Shown here: positions 19,205 through 40,971 of the stretch, piece after piece
Layout of the letters: each line of letters starts with the position of its first letter
Position numbering within the stretch: position 1 is the first letter of the stretch
Assembly (NCBI RefSeq): GCF_009914755.1
Contig: NC_060948.1
Strand: one strand, 5' to 3'
Source of the DNA: the human T2T-CHM13v2.0 reference genome, Homo sapiens
DNA length: 64,000 bases
Translations under genes and position numbers: made by a program
Notes under the pieces: generated by a model
What the model was told of the DNA's origin: nothing
Seen by the model: only the letters and a program-made list of their open reading frames with translations
Database searches by the model: none

Positions 19205-21306
19205 AGATCCATATTTTTTAAATGAAAAAAAATTTCAAAGGTACTCTGCTTGGTACAATAATCAAATGTATAAACTGAGGAATAAAACATAACCATGAAA
19301 CCTACTTATAACTGCATATGGAAAATACAGAGGATAATTTTTTAAATAACATAGTTTGAAAGCCTTAACTAGTAATTTGAAGAGTTGGCATTTGAAAGGC
19401 CAGTATGAATATACCTTCAAAGCAGCAACACAGGTTCCCCATGAGAAAAAGCAAACACAGGGAAAATAAAAACACAAAGGTTCAATCTCTTCTGACCTTT
19501 GAAAGACACAGCACAGACAGTGGTCCTTAGGACGAAGAGCAGGAGACCCCTAATTCCGTCACCATGGCGATAGGGCATAAACATTGCTGGGTGAGGGCAC
19601 AATCCACATTGTGAGGTCCAACTGCTGCCAGGAAGACAGGAGTGCTTTTACATAGACCGAAAGGTCATTGAAGGCTCAGAGTTTTGTTTCAAGAACTGAA
19701 TCCCAAGCCCACACGTTATTAGGCTGCGTTTCTTAAAACAAGTTATGAGATGGGAAAAAGGGCACCCACAAACATACGTATACATTATGTATATAATAAT
19801 ATACAGTGTCATATATATAATATATATAACCTATGTATAATATTGTTTTACATCCTGCATCTTATGTTATATATATTGTATAAAATATAATAATTGATAA
19901 TATATAACTTTTATAATTATACAATATGACATATAGTATATATTATAATTTATGACATATATAATATATGTTATATATCATATACAGAATATACTATACG
20001 GTTAATATACGTATTAAATATAAATTATACATTATATATATTATATATAATATATCTGTTATATATAATACCCATTATGCATAATATATATATTATGTCT
20101 ATGTTATATATAGTATAAAACAACATATAATAATATATAATTGTATATATAAATGCGACATATAATATATATTATATTTTATGACATATGTAATATATAT
20201 TATATATTATATATAATACGTTGTATGTATAATACCTATATTAAATATATATTATATGACTATGTTATTAATTACATGTCACATGTGTTATATATTATAT
20301 ATTTTACATAGAATATACCGGTTACATACAATATATACCATGTTACCTATAATGTATAATTTATTACATGTAAAATAAAGAATGCAATATATTATGTATA
20401 ATTTATAATATACAATATGTGGAATGTGATATATATAACATATAATATATGATATATGATATACAGTATATGATATATAACATACAATATATGATTCCTA
20501 ATATATATGGTATACAATATATATTTTATGATATGTATTCTGTATGTTTTATATTCTGTTATATATAACTATTTGAAATTATATATAACTGTATAATATT
20601 TTATGTAAATATGTAATATAATATATATAACTATATAATATATTATATATAACTATATATTATGTTATATATACTTTTATAACATAATTTACATAAAATA
20701 TCATAATATAATATATATTATATTATTTCATATTACATAATATATATTACATATCACCCAATATAACTAACATACATAATATTATAATATAGATTATATT
20801 ATGTTATATTAAATATCATATATATCATGTATCATATATTCTATAATATATATTACACATTATATAATATGTATGTTGTCTATTATGTGATATATATAAC
20901 TATATATAATTATATTTTTATACATATAACTAGATAAACATGTAATTCTACATATTTTCATTTATAATATGTAGAAGTATATAATCATATATAATTATTT
21001 ATATTCTATAAAAAATTTTATCATTATATAAATTATAATATATAAAAATTATAATATGTACTACAAATATATATATTATCTATCATATATGATATAGTAC
21101 CTTTGTTATATATCATAATACATATAAATGTGTATTATGTTATCTATAATTATATAATTTCATATATAAGATGTATAATATGTATCATATATTATATATG
21201 TTATGTAATATATATAGTATATATAAGATGACACAGGATAAATATTACATTCTATGACATATAAAATATATGAGGTTATATGTTACATATAAGGCATAGC
21301 ACATAA

Positions 21307-21621
<315 letters not shown>

Positions 21622-23725
21622 AGATCCATATTTTTTAAATGAAAAAAAATTTCAAAGGTACTCTGCTTGGTACAATAATCAAATGTATAAACTGAGGAAT
21701 AAAACATAACCATGAAACCTACTTATAACTGCATATGGAAAATACAGAGGATAATTTTTTAAATAACATAGTTTGAAAGCCTTAACTAGTAATTTGAAGA
21801 GTTGGCATTTGAAAGGCCAGTATGAATATACCTTCAAAGCAGCAACACAGGTTCCCCATGAGAAAAAGCAAACACAGGGAAAATAAAAACACAAAGGTTC
21901 AATCTCTTCTGACCTTTGAAAGACACAGCACAGACAGTGGTCCTTAGGACGAAGAGCAGGAGACCCCTAATTCCGTCACCATGGCGATAGGGCATAAACA
22001 TTGCTGGGTGAGGGCACAATCCACATTGTGAGGTCCAACTGCTGCCAGGAAGACAGGAGTGCTTTTACATAGACCGAAAGGTCATTGAAGGCTCAGAGTT
22101 TTGTTTCAAGAACTGAATCCCAAGCCCACACGTTATTAGGCTGCGTTTCTTAAAACAAGTTATGAGATGGGAAAAAGGGCACCCACAAACATACGTATAC
22201 ATTATGTATATAATAATATACAGTGTCATATATATAATATATATAACCTATGTATAATATTGTTTTACATCCTGCATCTTATGTTATATATATTGTATAA
22301 AATATAATAATTGATAATATATAACTTTTATAATTATACAATATGACATATAGTATATATTATAATTTATGACATATATAATATATGTTATATATCATAT
22401 ACAGAATATACTATACGGTTAATATACGTATTAAATATAAATTATACATTATATATATTATATATAATATATCTGTTATATATAATACCCGTTATGCATA
22501 ATATATATATTATGTCTATGTTATATATAGTATAAAACAACATATAATAATATATAATTGTATATATAAATGCGACATATAATATATATTATATTTTATG
22601 ACATATGTAATATATATTATATATTATATATAATACGTTGTATGTATAATACCTATATTAAATATATATTATATGACTATGTTATTAATTACATGTCACA
22701 TGTGTTATATATTATATATTTTACATAGAATATACCGGTTACATACAATATATACCATGTTACCTATAATGTATAATTTATTACATGTAAAATAAAGAAT
22801 GCAATATATTATGTATAATTTATAATATACAATATGTGGAATGTGATATGTATAACATATAATATATGATATATGATATACAGTATATGATATATAACAT
22901 ACAATATATGATTCCTAATATATATGGTATACAATATATATTTTATGATATGTATTCTATATGTTTTATATTCTGTTATATATAACTATATGAAATTATA
23001 TATAACTGTATAATATTTTATGTAAATATATAATATAATATATATAACTATATAATATATTATATATAACTATATATTATGTTATATATACTTTTATAAC
23101 ATAATTTACATAAAATATCATAATATAATATATATTATATTATTTCATATTACATAATATATATTACATATCACCCAATATAACTAACATACATAATATT
23201 ATAATATAGATTATATTATGTTATATTAAATATCATATATATCATGTATCATATATTCTATAATATATATTACACATTATATAATATGTATGTTGTCTAT
23301 TATGTGATATATATAACTATATATATAATTATATTTTTATACATATAACTAGATAAACATGTAATTCTACATATTTTCATTTATAATATGTAGAAGTATA
23401 TAATCATATATAATTATTTATATTCTATAAAAAATTTTATCTTTATACAAATTATAATATATAAAAATTATAATATGTACTACAAATATATATATTATCT
23501 ATCATATATGATATAGTACCTTTGTTATATATCATAATACATATAAATGTGTATTATGTTATCTATAATTATATAATTTCATATATAAGATGTATAATAT
23601 GTATCATATATTATATATGTTATGTAATATATATAGTATATATAAGATGACACAGGATAAATATTATATACTATGACATATAAAATATATGAGGTTATAT
23701 GTTACATATAAGGCATAGCACATAA

Positions 23726-24040
<315 letters not shown>

Positions 24041-26144
24041 AGATCCATATTTTTTAAATGAAAAAAAATTTCAAAGGTACTCTGCTTGGTACAATAATCA
24101 AATGTATAAACTGAGGAATAAAACATAACCATGAAACCTACTTATAACTGCATATGGAAAATACAGAGGATAATTTTTTAAATAACATATTTTGAAAGCC
24201 TTAACTAGTAATTTGAAGAGTTGGCATTTGAAAGGCCAGTATGAATATACCTTCAAAGCAGCAACACAGGTTCCCCATGAGAAAAAGCAAACACAGGGAA
24301 AATAAAAACACAAAGGTTCAATCTCTTCTGACCTTTGAAAGACACAGCACAGACAGTGGTCCTTAGGACGAAGAGCAGGAGACCCCTAATTCCGTCACCA
24401 TGGCGATAGGGCATAAACATTGCTGGGTGAGGGCACAATCCACATTGTGAGGTCCAACTGCTGCCAGGAAGACAGGAGTGCTTTTACATAGACCGAAAGG
24501 TCATTGAAGGCTCAGAGTTTTGTTTCAAGAACTGAATCCCAAGCCCACACGTTATTAGGCTGCGTTTCTTAAAACAAGTTATGAGATGGGAAAAAGGGCA
24601 CCAACAAACATACGTATACATTATGTATATAATAATATACAGTGTCATATATATAATATATATAACCTATGTATAATATTGTTTTACATCCTGCATCTTA
24701 TGTTATATATATTGTATAAAATATAATAATTGATAATATATAACTTTTATAATTATACAATATGACATATAGTATATATTATAATTTATGACATATATAA
24801 TATATGTTATATATCATATACAGAATATACTATACGGTTAATATACGTATTAAATATAAATTATACATTATATATATTATATATAATATATCTGTTATAT
24901 ATAATACCCGTTATGCATAATATATATATTATGTCTATGTTATATATAGTATAAAACAACATATAATAATATATAATTGTATATATAAATGCGACATATA
25001 ATATATATTATATTTTATGACATATGTAATATATATTATATATTATATATAATACGTTGTATGTATAATACCTATATTAAATATAGATTATATGACTATG
25101 TTATTAATTACATGTCACATGTGTTATATATTATATATTTTACATAGAATATACCGGTTACATACAATATATACCATGTTACCTATAATGTATAATTTAT
25201 TACATGTAAAATAAAGAATGCAATATATTATGTATAATTTATAATATACAATATGTGGAATGTGATATATATAACATATAATATATGATATATGATATAC
25301 AGTATATGATATATAACATACAATATATGATTCCTAATATATATGGTATACAATATATATTTTATGATATGTATTCTATATGTTTTATATTCTGTTATAT
25401 ATAACTATATGAAATTATATATAACTGTATAATATTTTATGTAAATATGTAATATAATATATATAACCATATAATATATTATATATAACTATATATTATG
25501 TTATATATACTTTTATAACATAATTTACATAAAATATCATAATATAATATATATTATATTATTTCATATTACATAATATATATTACATATCACCCAATAT
25601 AACTAACATACATAATATTATAATATAGATTATATTATGTTATATTAAATATCATATATATCATGTATCATATATTCTATAATATATATTACACATTATA
25701 TAATATGTATGTTGTCTATTATGTGATATATATAACTATATATATAATTATATTTTTATACATATAACTAGATAAACATGTAATTCTACATATTTTCATT
25801 TATAATATGTAGAAGTATATAATCATATATAATTATTTATATTCTATAAAAAATTTTATCATTATCTAAATTATAATATATAAAAATTATAATATGTACT
25901 ACAAATATATATATTATATATCATATATGATATAGTACCTTTGTTATATATCATAATACATATAAATGTGTATTATGTTATCTATAATTATATAATTTCA
26001 TATATAAGATGTATAATATGTATCATATATTATATATGTTATGTAATATATATAGTATATATAAGATGACACAGGATAAATATTATATACTATGACATAT
26101 AAAATATATGAGGTTATATGTTACATATAAGGCATAGCACATAA

Positions 26145-26459
<315 letters not shown>

Positions 26460-28563
26460 AGATCCATATTTTTTAAATGAAAAAAAATTTCAAAGGTACT
26501 CTGCTTGGTACAATAATCAAATGTATAAACTGAGGAATAAAACATAACCATGAAACCTACTTATAACTGCATATGGAAAATACAGAGGATAATTTTTTAA
26601 ATAACATATTTTGAAAGCCTTAACTAGTAATTTGAAGAGTTGGCATTTGAAAGGCCAGTATGAATATACCTTCAAAGCAGCAACACAGGTTCCCCATGAG
26701 AAAAAGCAAACACAGGGAAAATAAAAACACAAAGGTTCAATCTCTTCTGACCTTTGAAAGACACAGCACAGACAGTGGTCCTTAGGACGAAGAGCAGGAG
26801 ACCCCTAATTCCGTCACCATGGCGATAGGGCATAAACATTGCTGGGTGAGGGCACAATCCACATTGTGAGGTCCAACTGCTGCCAGGAAGACAGGAGTGC
26901 TTTTACATAGACCGAAAGGTCATTGAAGGCTCAGAGTTTTGTTTCAAGAACTGAATCCCAAGCCCACACGTTATTAGGCTGCGTTTCTTAAAACAAGTTA
27001 TGAGATGGGAAAAAGGGCACCAACAAACATACGTATACATTATGTATATAATAATATACAGTGTCATATATATAATATATATAACCTATGTATAATATTG
27101 TTTTACATCCTGCATCTTATGTTATATATATTGTATAAAATATAATAATTGATAATATATAACTTTTATAATTATACAATATGACATATAGTATATATTA
27201 TAATTTATGACATATATAATATATGTTATATATCATATACAGAATATACTATACGGTTAATATACGTATTAAATATAAATTATACATTATATATATTATA
27301 TATAATATATCTGTTATATATAATACCCGTTATGCATAATATATATATTATGTCTATGTTATATATAGTATAAAACAACATATAATAATATATAATTGTA
27401 TATATAAATGCGACATATAATATATATTATATTTTATGACATATGTAATATATATTATATATTATATATAATACGTTGTATGTATAATACCTATATTAAA
27501 TATATATTATATGACTATGTTATTAATTACATGTCACATGTGTTATATATTATATATTTTACATAGAATATACCGGTTACATACAATATATACCATGTTA
27601 CCTATAATGTATAATTTATTACATGTAAAATAAAGAATGCAATATATTATGTATAATTTATAATATACAATATGTGGAATGTGATATATATAACATATAA
27701 TATATGATATATGATATACAGTATATGATATATAACATACAATATATGATTCCTAATATATATGGTATACAATATATATTTTATGATATGTATTCTATAT
27801 GTTTTATATTCTGTTATATATAACTATATGAAATTATATATAACTGTATAATATTTTATGTAAATATGTAATATAATATATATAACTATATAATATATTA
27901 TATATAACTATATATTATGTTATATATACTTTTATAACATAATTTACATAAAATATCATAATATAATATATATTATATTATTTCATATTACATAATATAT
28001 ATTACATATCACCCAATATAACTAACATACATAATATTATAATATAGATTATATTATGTTATATTAAATATCATATATATCATGTATCATATATTCTATA
28101 ATATATATTACACATTATATAATATGTATGTTGTCTATTATGTGATATATATAACTATATATATAATTATATTTTTATACATATAACTAGATAAACATGT
28201 AATTCTACATATTTTCATTTATAATATGTAGAAGTTTATAATCATATATAATTATTTATATTCTATAAAAAATTTTATCATTATCTAAATTATAATATAT
28301 AAAAATTATAATATGTACTACAAATATATATATTATATATCATATATGATATAGTACCTTTGTTATATATCATAATACATATAAATGTGTATTATGTTAT
28401 CTATAATTATATAATTTCATATATAAGATGTATAATATGTATCATATATTATAGATGTTATGTAATATATATAGTATATATAAGATGACACAGGATAAAT
28501 ATTATATACTATGACATATAAAATATATGAGGTTATATGTTACATATAAGGCATAGCACATAA

Positions 28564-28878
<315 letters not shown>

Positions 28879-30982
28879 AGATCCATATTTTTTAAATGAA
28901 AAAAAATTTCAAAGGTACTCTGCTTGGTACAATAATCAAATGTATAAACTGAGGAATAAAACATAACCATGAAACCTACTTATAACTGCATATGGAAAAT
29001 ACAGAGGATAATTTTTTAAATAACATAGTTTGAAAGCCTTAACTAGTAATTTGAAGAGTTGGCATTTGAAAGGCCAGTATGAATATACCTTCAAAGCAGC
29101 AACACAGGTTCCCCATGAGAAAAAGCAAACACAGGGAAAATAAAAACACAAAGGTTCAATCTCTTCTGACCTTTGAAAGACACAGCACAGACAGTGGTCC
29201 TTAGGACGAAGAGCAGGAGACCCCTAATTCCGTCACCATGGCGATAGGGCATAAACATTGCTGGGTGAGGGCACAATCCACATTGTGAGGTCCAACTGCT
29301 GCCAGGAAGACAGGAGTGCTTTTACATAGACCGAAAGGTCATTGAAGGCTCAGAGTTTTGTTTCAAGAACTGAATCCCAAGCCCACACGTTATTAGGCTG
29401 CGTTTCTTAAAACAAGTTATGAGATGGGAAAAAGGGCACCCACAAACATACGTATACATTATGTATATAATAATATACAGTGTCATATATATAATATATA
29501 TAACCTATGTATAATATTGTTTTACATCCTGCATCTTATGTTATATATATTGTATAAAATATAATAATTGATAATATATAACTTTTATAATTATACAATA
29601 TGACATATAGTATATATTATAATTTATGACATATATAATATATGTTATATATCATATACAGAATATACTATACGGTTAATATACGTATTAAATATAAATT
29701 ATACATTATATATATTATATATAATATATCTGTTATATATAATACCCGTTATGCATAATATATATATTATGTCTATGTTATATATAGTATAAAACAACAT
29801 ATAATAATATATAATTGTATATATAAATGCGACATATAATATATATTATATTTTATGACATATGTAATATATATTATATATTATATATAATACGTTGTAT
29901 GTATAATACCTATATTAAATATATATTATATGACTATGTTATTAATTACATGTCACATGTGTTATATATTATATATTTTACATAGAATATACCGGTTACA
30001 TACAATATATACCATGTTACCTATAATGTATAATTTATTACATGTAAAATAAAGAATGCAATATATTATGTATAATTTATAATATACAATATGTGGAATG
30101 TGATATGTATAACATATAATATATGATATATGATATACAGTATATGATATATAACATACAATATATGATTCCTAATATATATGGTATACAATATATATTT
30201 TATGATATGTATTCTATATGTTTTATATTCTGTTATATATAACTATATGAAATTATATATAACTGTATAATATTTTATGTAAATATATAATATAATATAT
30301 ATAACTATATAATATATTATATATAACTATATATTATGTTATATATACTTTTATAACATAATTTACATAAAATATCATAATATAATATATATTATATTAT
30401 TTCATATTACATAATATATATTACATATCACCCAATATAACTAACATACATAATATTATAATATAGATTATATTATGTTATATTAAATATCATATATATC
30501 ATGTATCATATATTCTATAATATATATTACACATTATATAATATGTATGTTGTCTATTATGTGATATATATAACTATATATATAATTATATTTTTATACA
30601 TATAACTAGATAAACATGTAATTCTACATATTTTCATTTATAATATGTAGAAGTATATAATCATATATAATTATTTATATTCTATAAAAAATTTTATCTT
30701 TATACAAATTATAATATATAAAAATTATAATATGTACTACAAATATATATATTATCTATCATATATGATATAGTACCTTTGTTATATATCATAATACATA
30801 TAAATGTGTATTATGTTATCTATAATTATATAATTTCATATATAAGATGTATAATATGTATCATATATTATATATGTTATGTAATATATATAGTATATAT
30901 AAGATGACACAGGATAAATATTATATACTATGACATATAAAATATATGAGGTTATATGTTACATATAAGGCATAGCACATAA

Positions 30983-31297
<315 letters not shown>

Positions 31298-33401
31298 AGA
31301 TCCATATTTTTTAAATGAAAAAAAATTTCAAAGGTACTCTGCTTGGTACAATAATCAAATGTATAAACTGAGGAATAAAACATAACCATGAAACCTACTT
31401 ATAACTGCATATGGAAAATACAGAGGATAATTTTTTAAATAACATATTTTGAAAGCCTTAACTAGTAATTTGAAGAGTTGGCATTTGAAAGGCCAGTATG
31501 AATATACCTTCAAAGCAGCAACACAGGTTCCCCATGAGAAAAAGCAAACACAGGGAAAATAAAAACACAAAGGTTCAATCTCTTCTGACCTTTGAAAGAC
31601 ACAGCACAGACAGTGGTCCTTAGGACGAAGAGCAGGAGACCCCTAATTCCGTCACCATGGCGATAGGGCATAAACATTGCTGGGTGAGGGCACAATCCAC
31701 ATTGTGAGGTCCAACTGCTGCCAGGAAGACAGGAGTGCTTTTACATAGACCGAAAGGTCATTGAAGGCTCAGAGTTTTGTTTCAAGAACTGAATCCCAAG
31801 CCCACACGTTATTAGGCTGCGTTTCTTAAAACAAGTTATGAGATGGGAAAAAGGGCACCAACAAACATACGTATACATTATGTATATAATAATATACAGT
31901 GTCATATATATAATATATATAACCTATGTATAATATTGTTTTACATCCTGCATCTTATGTTATATATATTGTATAAAATATAATAATTGATAATATATAA
32001 CTTTTATAATTATACAATATGACATATAGTATATATTATAATTTATGACATATATAATATATGTTATATATCATATACAGAATATACTATACGGTTAATA
32101 TACGTATTAAATATAAATTATACATTATATATATTATATATAATATATCTGTTATATATAATACCCGTTATGCATAATATATATATTATGTCTATGTTAT
32201 ATATAGTATAAAACAACATATAATAATATATAATTGTATATATAAATGCGACATATAATATATATTATATTTTATGACATATGTAATATATATTATATAT
32301 TATATATAATACGTTGTATGTATAATACCTATATTAAATATAGATTATATGACTATGTTATTAATTACATGTCACATGTGTTATATATTATATATTTTAC
32401 ATAGAATATACCGGTTACATACAATATATACCATGTTACCTATAATGTATAATTTATTACATGTAAAATAAAGAATGCAATATATTATGTATAATTTATA
32501 ATATACAATATGTGGAATGTGATATATATAACATATAATATATGATATATGATATACAGTATATGATATATAACATACAATATATGATTCCTAATATATA
32601 TGGTATACAATATATATTTTATGATATGTATTCTATATGTTTTATATTCTGTTATATATAACTATATGAAATTATATATAACTGTATAATATTTTATGTA
32701 AATATGTAATATAATATATATAACCATATAATATATTATATATAACTATATATTATGTTATATATACTTTTATAACATAATTTACATAAAATATCATAAT
32801 ATAATATATATTATATTATTTCATATTACATAATATATATTACATATCACCCAATATAACTAACATACATAATATTATAATATAGATTATATTATGTTAT
32901 ATTAAATATCATATATATCATGTATCATATATTCTATAATATATATTACACATTATATAATATGTATGTTGTCTATTATGTGATATATATAACTATATAT
33001 ATAATTATATTTTTATACATATAACTAGATAAACATGTAATTCTACATATTTTCATTTATAATATGTAGAAGTATATAATCATATATAATTATTTATATT
33101 CTATAAAAAATTTTATCATTATCTAAATTATAATATATAAAAATTATAATATGTACTACAAATATATATATTATATATCATATATGATATAGTACCTTTG
33201 TTATATATCATAATACATATAAATGTGTATTATGTTATCTATAATTATATAATTTCATATATAAGATGTATAATATGTATCATATATTATATATGTTATG
33301 TAATATATATAGTATATATAAGATGACACAGGATAAATATTATATACTATGACATATAAAATATATGAGGTTATATGTTACATATAAGGCATAGCACATA
33401 A

Positions 33402-33716
<315 letters not shown>

Positions 33717-35820
33717 AGATCCATATTTTTTAAATGAAAAAAAATTTCAAAGGTACTCTGCTTGGTACAATAATCAAATGTATAAACTGAGGAATAAAAC
33801 ATAACCATGAAACCTACTTATAACTGCATATGGAAAATACAGAGGATAATTTTTTAAATAACATATTTTGAAAGCCTTAACTAGTAATTTGAAGAGTTGG
33901 CATTTGAAAGGCCAGTATGAATATACCTTCAAAGCAGCAACACAGGTTCCCCATGAGAAAAAGCAAACACAGGGAAAATAAAAACACAAAGGTTCAATCT
34001 CTTCTGACCTTTGAAAGACACAGCACAGACAGTGGTCCTTAGGACGAAGAGCAGGAGACCCCTAATTCCGTCACCATGGCGATAGGGCATAAACATTGCT
34101 GGGTGAGGGCACAATCCACATTGTGAGGTCCAACTGCTGCCAGGAAGACAGGAGTGCTTTTACATAGACCGAAAGGTCATTGAAGGCTCAGAGTTTTGTT
34201 TCAAGAACTGAATCCCAAGCCCACACGTTATTAGGCTGCGTTTCTTAAAACAAGTTATGAGATGGGAAAAAGGGCACCAACAAACATACGTATACATTAT
34301 GTATATAATAATATACAGTGTCATATATATAATATATATAACCTATGTATAATATTGTTTTACATCCTGCATCTTATGTTATATATATTGTATAAAATAT
34401 AATAATTGATAATATATAACTTTTATAATTATACAATATGACATATAGTATATATTATAATTTATGACATATATAATATATGTTATATATCATATACAGA
34501 ATATACTATACGGTTAATATACGTATTAAATATAAATTATACATTATATATATTATATATAATATATCTGTTATATATAATACCCGTTATGCATAATATA
34601 TATATTATGTCTATGTTATATATAGTATAAAACAACATATAATAATATATAATTGTATATATAAATGCGACATATAATATATATTATATTTTATGACATA
34701 TGTAATATATATTATATATTATATATAATACGTTGTATGTATAATACCTATATTAAATATATATTATATGACTATGTTATTAATTACATGTCACATGTGT
34801 TATATATTATATATTTTACATAGAATATACCGGTTACATACAATATATACCATGTTACCTATAATGTATAATTTATTACATGTAAAATAAAGAATGCAAT
34901 ATATTATGTATAATTTATAATATACAATATGTGGAATGTGATATATATAACATATAATATATGATATATGATATACAGTATATGATATATAACATACAAT
35001 ATATGATTCCTAATATATATGGTATACAATATATATTTTATGATATGTATTCTATATGTTTTATATTCTGTTATATATAACTATATGAAATTATATATAA
35101 CTGTATAATATTTTATGTAAATATGTAATATAATATATATAACCATATAATATATTATATATAACTATATATTATGTTATATATACTTTTATAACATAAT
35201 TTACATAAAATATCATAATATAATATATATTATATTATTTCATATTACATAATATATATTACATATCACCCAATATAACTAACATACATAATATTATAAT
35301 ATAGATTATATTATGTTATATTAAATATCATATATATCATGTATCATATATTCTATAATATATATTACACATTATATAATATGTATGTTGTCTATTATGT
35401 GATATATATAACTATATATATAATTATATTTTTATACATATAACTAGATAAACATGTAATTCTACATATTTTCATTTATAATATGTAGAAGTTTATAATC
35501 ATATATAATTATTTATATTCTATAAAAAATTTTATCATTATCTAAATTATAATATATAAAAATTATAATATGTACTACAAATATATATATTATATATCAT
35601 ATATGATATAGTACCTTTGTTATATATCATAATACATATAAATGTGTATTATGTTATCTATAATTATATAATTTCATATATAAGATGTATAATATGTATC
35701 ATATATTATGTATGTTATGTAATATATATAGTATATATAAGATGACACAGGATAAATATTACATTCTATGACATATAAAATATATGAGGTTATATGTTAC
35801 ATATAAGTCATAGCACATAA

Positions 35821-36135
<315 letters not shown>

Positions 36136-38237
36136 AGATCCATATTTTTTAAATGAAAAAAAATTTCAAAGGTACTCTGCTTGGTACAATAATCAAATGT
36201 ATAAACTGAGGAATAAAACATAACCATGAAACCTACTTATAACTGCATATGGAAAATACAGAGGATAATTTTTTAAATAACATATTTTGAAAGCCTTAAC
36301 TAGTAATTTGAAGAGTTGGCATTTGAAAGGCCAGTATGAATATACCTTCAATGCAGCAACACAGGTTCCCCATGAGAAAAAGCAAACACAGGGAAAATAA
36401 AAACACAAAGGTTCAATCTCTTCTGACCTTTGAAAGACACAGCACAGACAGTGGTCCTTAGGACGAAGAGCAGGAGACCCCTAATTCCGTCACCATGGCG
36501 ATAGTGCATAAACATTGCTGGGTGAGGGCACAATCCACATTGTGAGGTCCAACTGCTGCCAGGAAGACAGGAGTGCTTTTACATAGACCGAAAGGTCATT
36601 GAAGGCTCAGAGTTTTGTTTCAAGAACTGAATCCCAAGCCCACACGTTATTAGGCTGCGCTTCTTAAAACAAGTTATGAGATGGGAAAAAGGGCACCCAC
36701 AAACATACGTATACATTATGTATATAATAATATACAGTGTCATATATATAATATATATAACCTATGTATAATATTGTTTTACATCCTGCATCTTATGTTA
36801 TATATATTGTATAAAATATAATAATTGATAATATATAAGTTTTATAATTATACAATATGACATAATATATATTATAATTTATGACATATATAATATATGT
36901 TATGTATCATATACAGAATATATTATACGGTTAATATACGTATTAAATATAAATTATACATTATATATATTATATATAATATATCTGTTATATATAATAC
37001 CCGTTATGCATAATATATATATTATGTCTATGTTATATATAGTATAAAACAACATATAATAATATATAATTGTATATATAAAATGCGACATATAATATAT
37101 ATTATATTTTATGACATATGTAATATATATTATATATTATCTATAATACGTTGTATGTATAATACCTATATTAAATATATATTATATGACTATGTTATTA
37201 ATTACATGTCACATGTGTTATATATTATATAATTTACATAGAATATACCGGTTACATACAATATATACTATGTTACCTATAATGTATAATTTATTACATG
37301 TAAAATAAAGAATGCAATATATTATGTATAATTTATAATATACAATATGTGGAATGTGATATATATAACATATAATATATGATATATGATGTACAGTATA
37401 TGATATATAACATACAATATATGATTCCTAATATATATGGTATACAATATATATTTTATGATATGTATTCTATATGTTTTATATTCTGTTATATATAACT
37501 ATTTGAAATTATATATAACTGTATAATATTTTATGTAAATATGTAATATAATATATATAACTATATAATATATTATATATAACTATATATTATGTTATAT
37601 ATACTTTTATAACATAATTTACATAAAATATCATAATATAATATATATTATATTATTTCATATTACATAATATATATTACATATCACCCAATATAACTAA
37701 CATACATAATATTATAATATAGATTATATTATGTTATATTAAATATCATATATATCATGTATCATATATTCTATAATATATATTACACATTATATAATAT
37801 GTATGTTGTCTATTATGTGATATACATAACTATATATATAATTATATTTTTATACATATAACTAGATAAACATGTAATTCTACATATTTTCATTTATAAT
37901 ATGTAGAATTATATAATCATATATAATTATTTATATTCTATAAAAATTTTATCATTATATAAATTATAATATATAAAAATTATAATATGTACTACAAATA
38001 TATATATTATATATCATATATGATATAGTACCCTTGTTATATATCATAATACATATAAATGTTTATTATATTATGTATAATTATATAATTTCATATATAA
38101 GATATATAATATGTTTCATATATTATATAAGTTATGTAATATATATAGTATATATAAGATGACACAGGATAAATATTATATACTATGACATATAAAATAT
38201 ATGAGGTTATATGTTACATATAAGGCATAGCACATAA

Positions 38238-38552
<315 letters not shown>

Positions 38553-40656
38553 AGATCCATATTTTTTAAATGAAAAAAAATTTCAAAGGTACTCTGCTTG
38601 GTACAATAATCAAATGTATAAACTGAGGAATAAAACATAACCATGAAACCTACTTATAACTGCATATGGAAAATACAGAGGATAATTTTTTAAATAACAT
38701 ACTTTGAAAGCCTTAACTAGTAATTTGAAGAGTTGGCATTTGAAAGGCCAGTATGAATATACCTTCAAAGCAGCAACACAGGTTCCCCATGAGAAAAAGC
38801 AAACACAGGGAAAATAAAAACACAAAGGTTCAATCTCTTCTGACCTTTGAAAGACACAGCACAGACAGTGGTCCTTAGGACGAAGAGCAGGAGACCCCTA
38901 ATTCCGTCACCATGGCGATAGGGCATAAACATTGCTGGGTGAGGGCACAATCCACATTGTGAGGTCCAACTGCTGCCAGGAAGACAGGAGTGCTTTTACA
39001 TAGACCGAAAGGTCATTGAAGGCTCAGAGTTTTGTTTCAAGAACAGAATCCCAAGCCCACACGTTATTAGGCTGCGTTTCTTAAAACAAGTTATGAGATG
39101 GGAAAAAGGGCACCCACAAACATACGTATACATTATGTATATAATAATATACAGTGTCATATATATAATATATATAACCTATGTATAATATTGTTTTACA
39201 TCCTGCATCTTATGTTATATATATTGTATAAAATATAATAATTGATAATATATAACTTTTATAATTATACAATATGACATATAGTATATATTATAATTTA
39301 TGACATATATAATATATGTTATATATCATATACAGAATATACTATACGGTTAATATACGTATTAAATATAAATTATACATTATATATATTATATATAATA
39401 TATCTGTTATATATAATACCCGTTATGCATAATATATATATTATGTCTATGTTATATATAGTATAAAACAACATATAATAATATATAATTGTATATATAA
39501 ATGCGACATATAATATATATTATATTTTATGACATATGTAATATATATTATATATTATATATAATACGTTGTATGTATAATACCTATATTAAATATATAT
39601 TATATGACTATGTTATTAATTACATGTCACATGTGTTATATATTATATATTTTACATAGAATATACCGGTTACATACAATATATACCATGTTACCTATAA
39701 TGTATAATTTATTACATGTAAAATAAAGAATGCAATATATTATGTATAATTTATAATATACAATATGTGGAATGTGATATATATAACATATAATATATGA
39801 TATATGATATACAGTATATGATATATAACATACAATATATGATTCCTAATATATATGGTATACAATATATATTTTATGATATGTATTCTATATGTTTTAT
39901 ATTCTGTTATATATAACTATTTGAAATTATATATAACTGTATAATATTTTATGTAAATATGTAATATAATATATATAACTATATAATATATTATATATAA
40001 CTATATATTATGTTATATATACTTTTATAACATAATTTACATAAAATATCATAATATAATATATATTATATTATTTCATATTACATAATATATATTACAT
40101 ATCACCCAATATAACTAACATACATAATATTATAATATAGATTATATTATGTTATATTAAATATCATATATATCATGTATCATATATTCTATAATATATA
40201 TTACACATTATATAATATGTATGTTGTCTATTATGTGATATATATAACTATATATATAATTATATTTTTATACATATAACTAGATAAACATGTAATTCTA
40301 CATATTTTCATTTATAATATGTAGAAGTATATAATCATATATAATTATTTATATTCTATAAAAAATTTTATCATTATACAAATTATAATATATAAAAATT
40401 ATAATATGTACTACAAATATATATATTATATATCATATATGATATAGTACCTTTGTTATATATCATAATACATATAAATGTGTATTATGTTATCTATAAT
40501 TATATAATTTCATATATAAGATGTATAATATGTATCATATATTATATATGTTATGTAATATATATAGTATATATAAGATGACACAGGATAAATATTATAT
40601 ACTATGACATATAAAATATATGAGGTTATATGTTACATATAAGGCATAGCACATAA

Positions 40657-40971
<315 letters not shown>
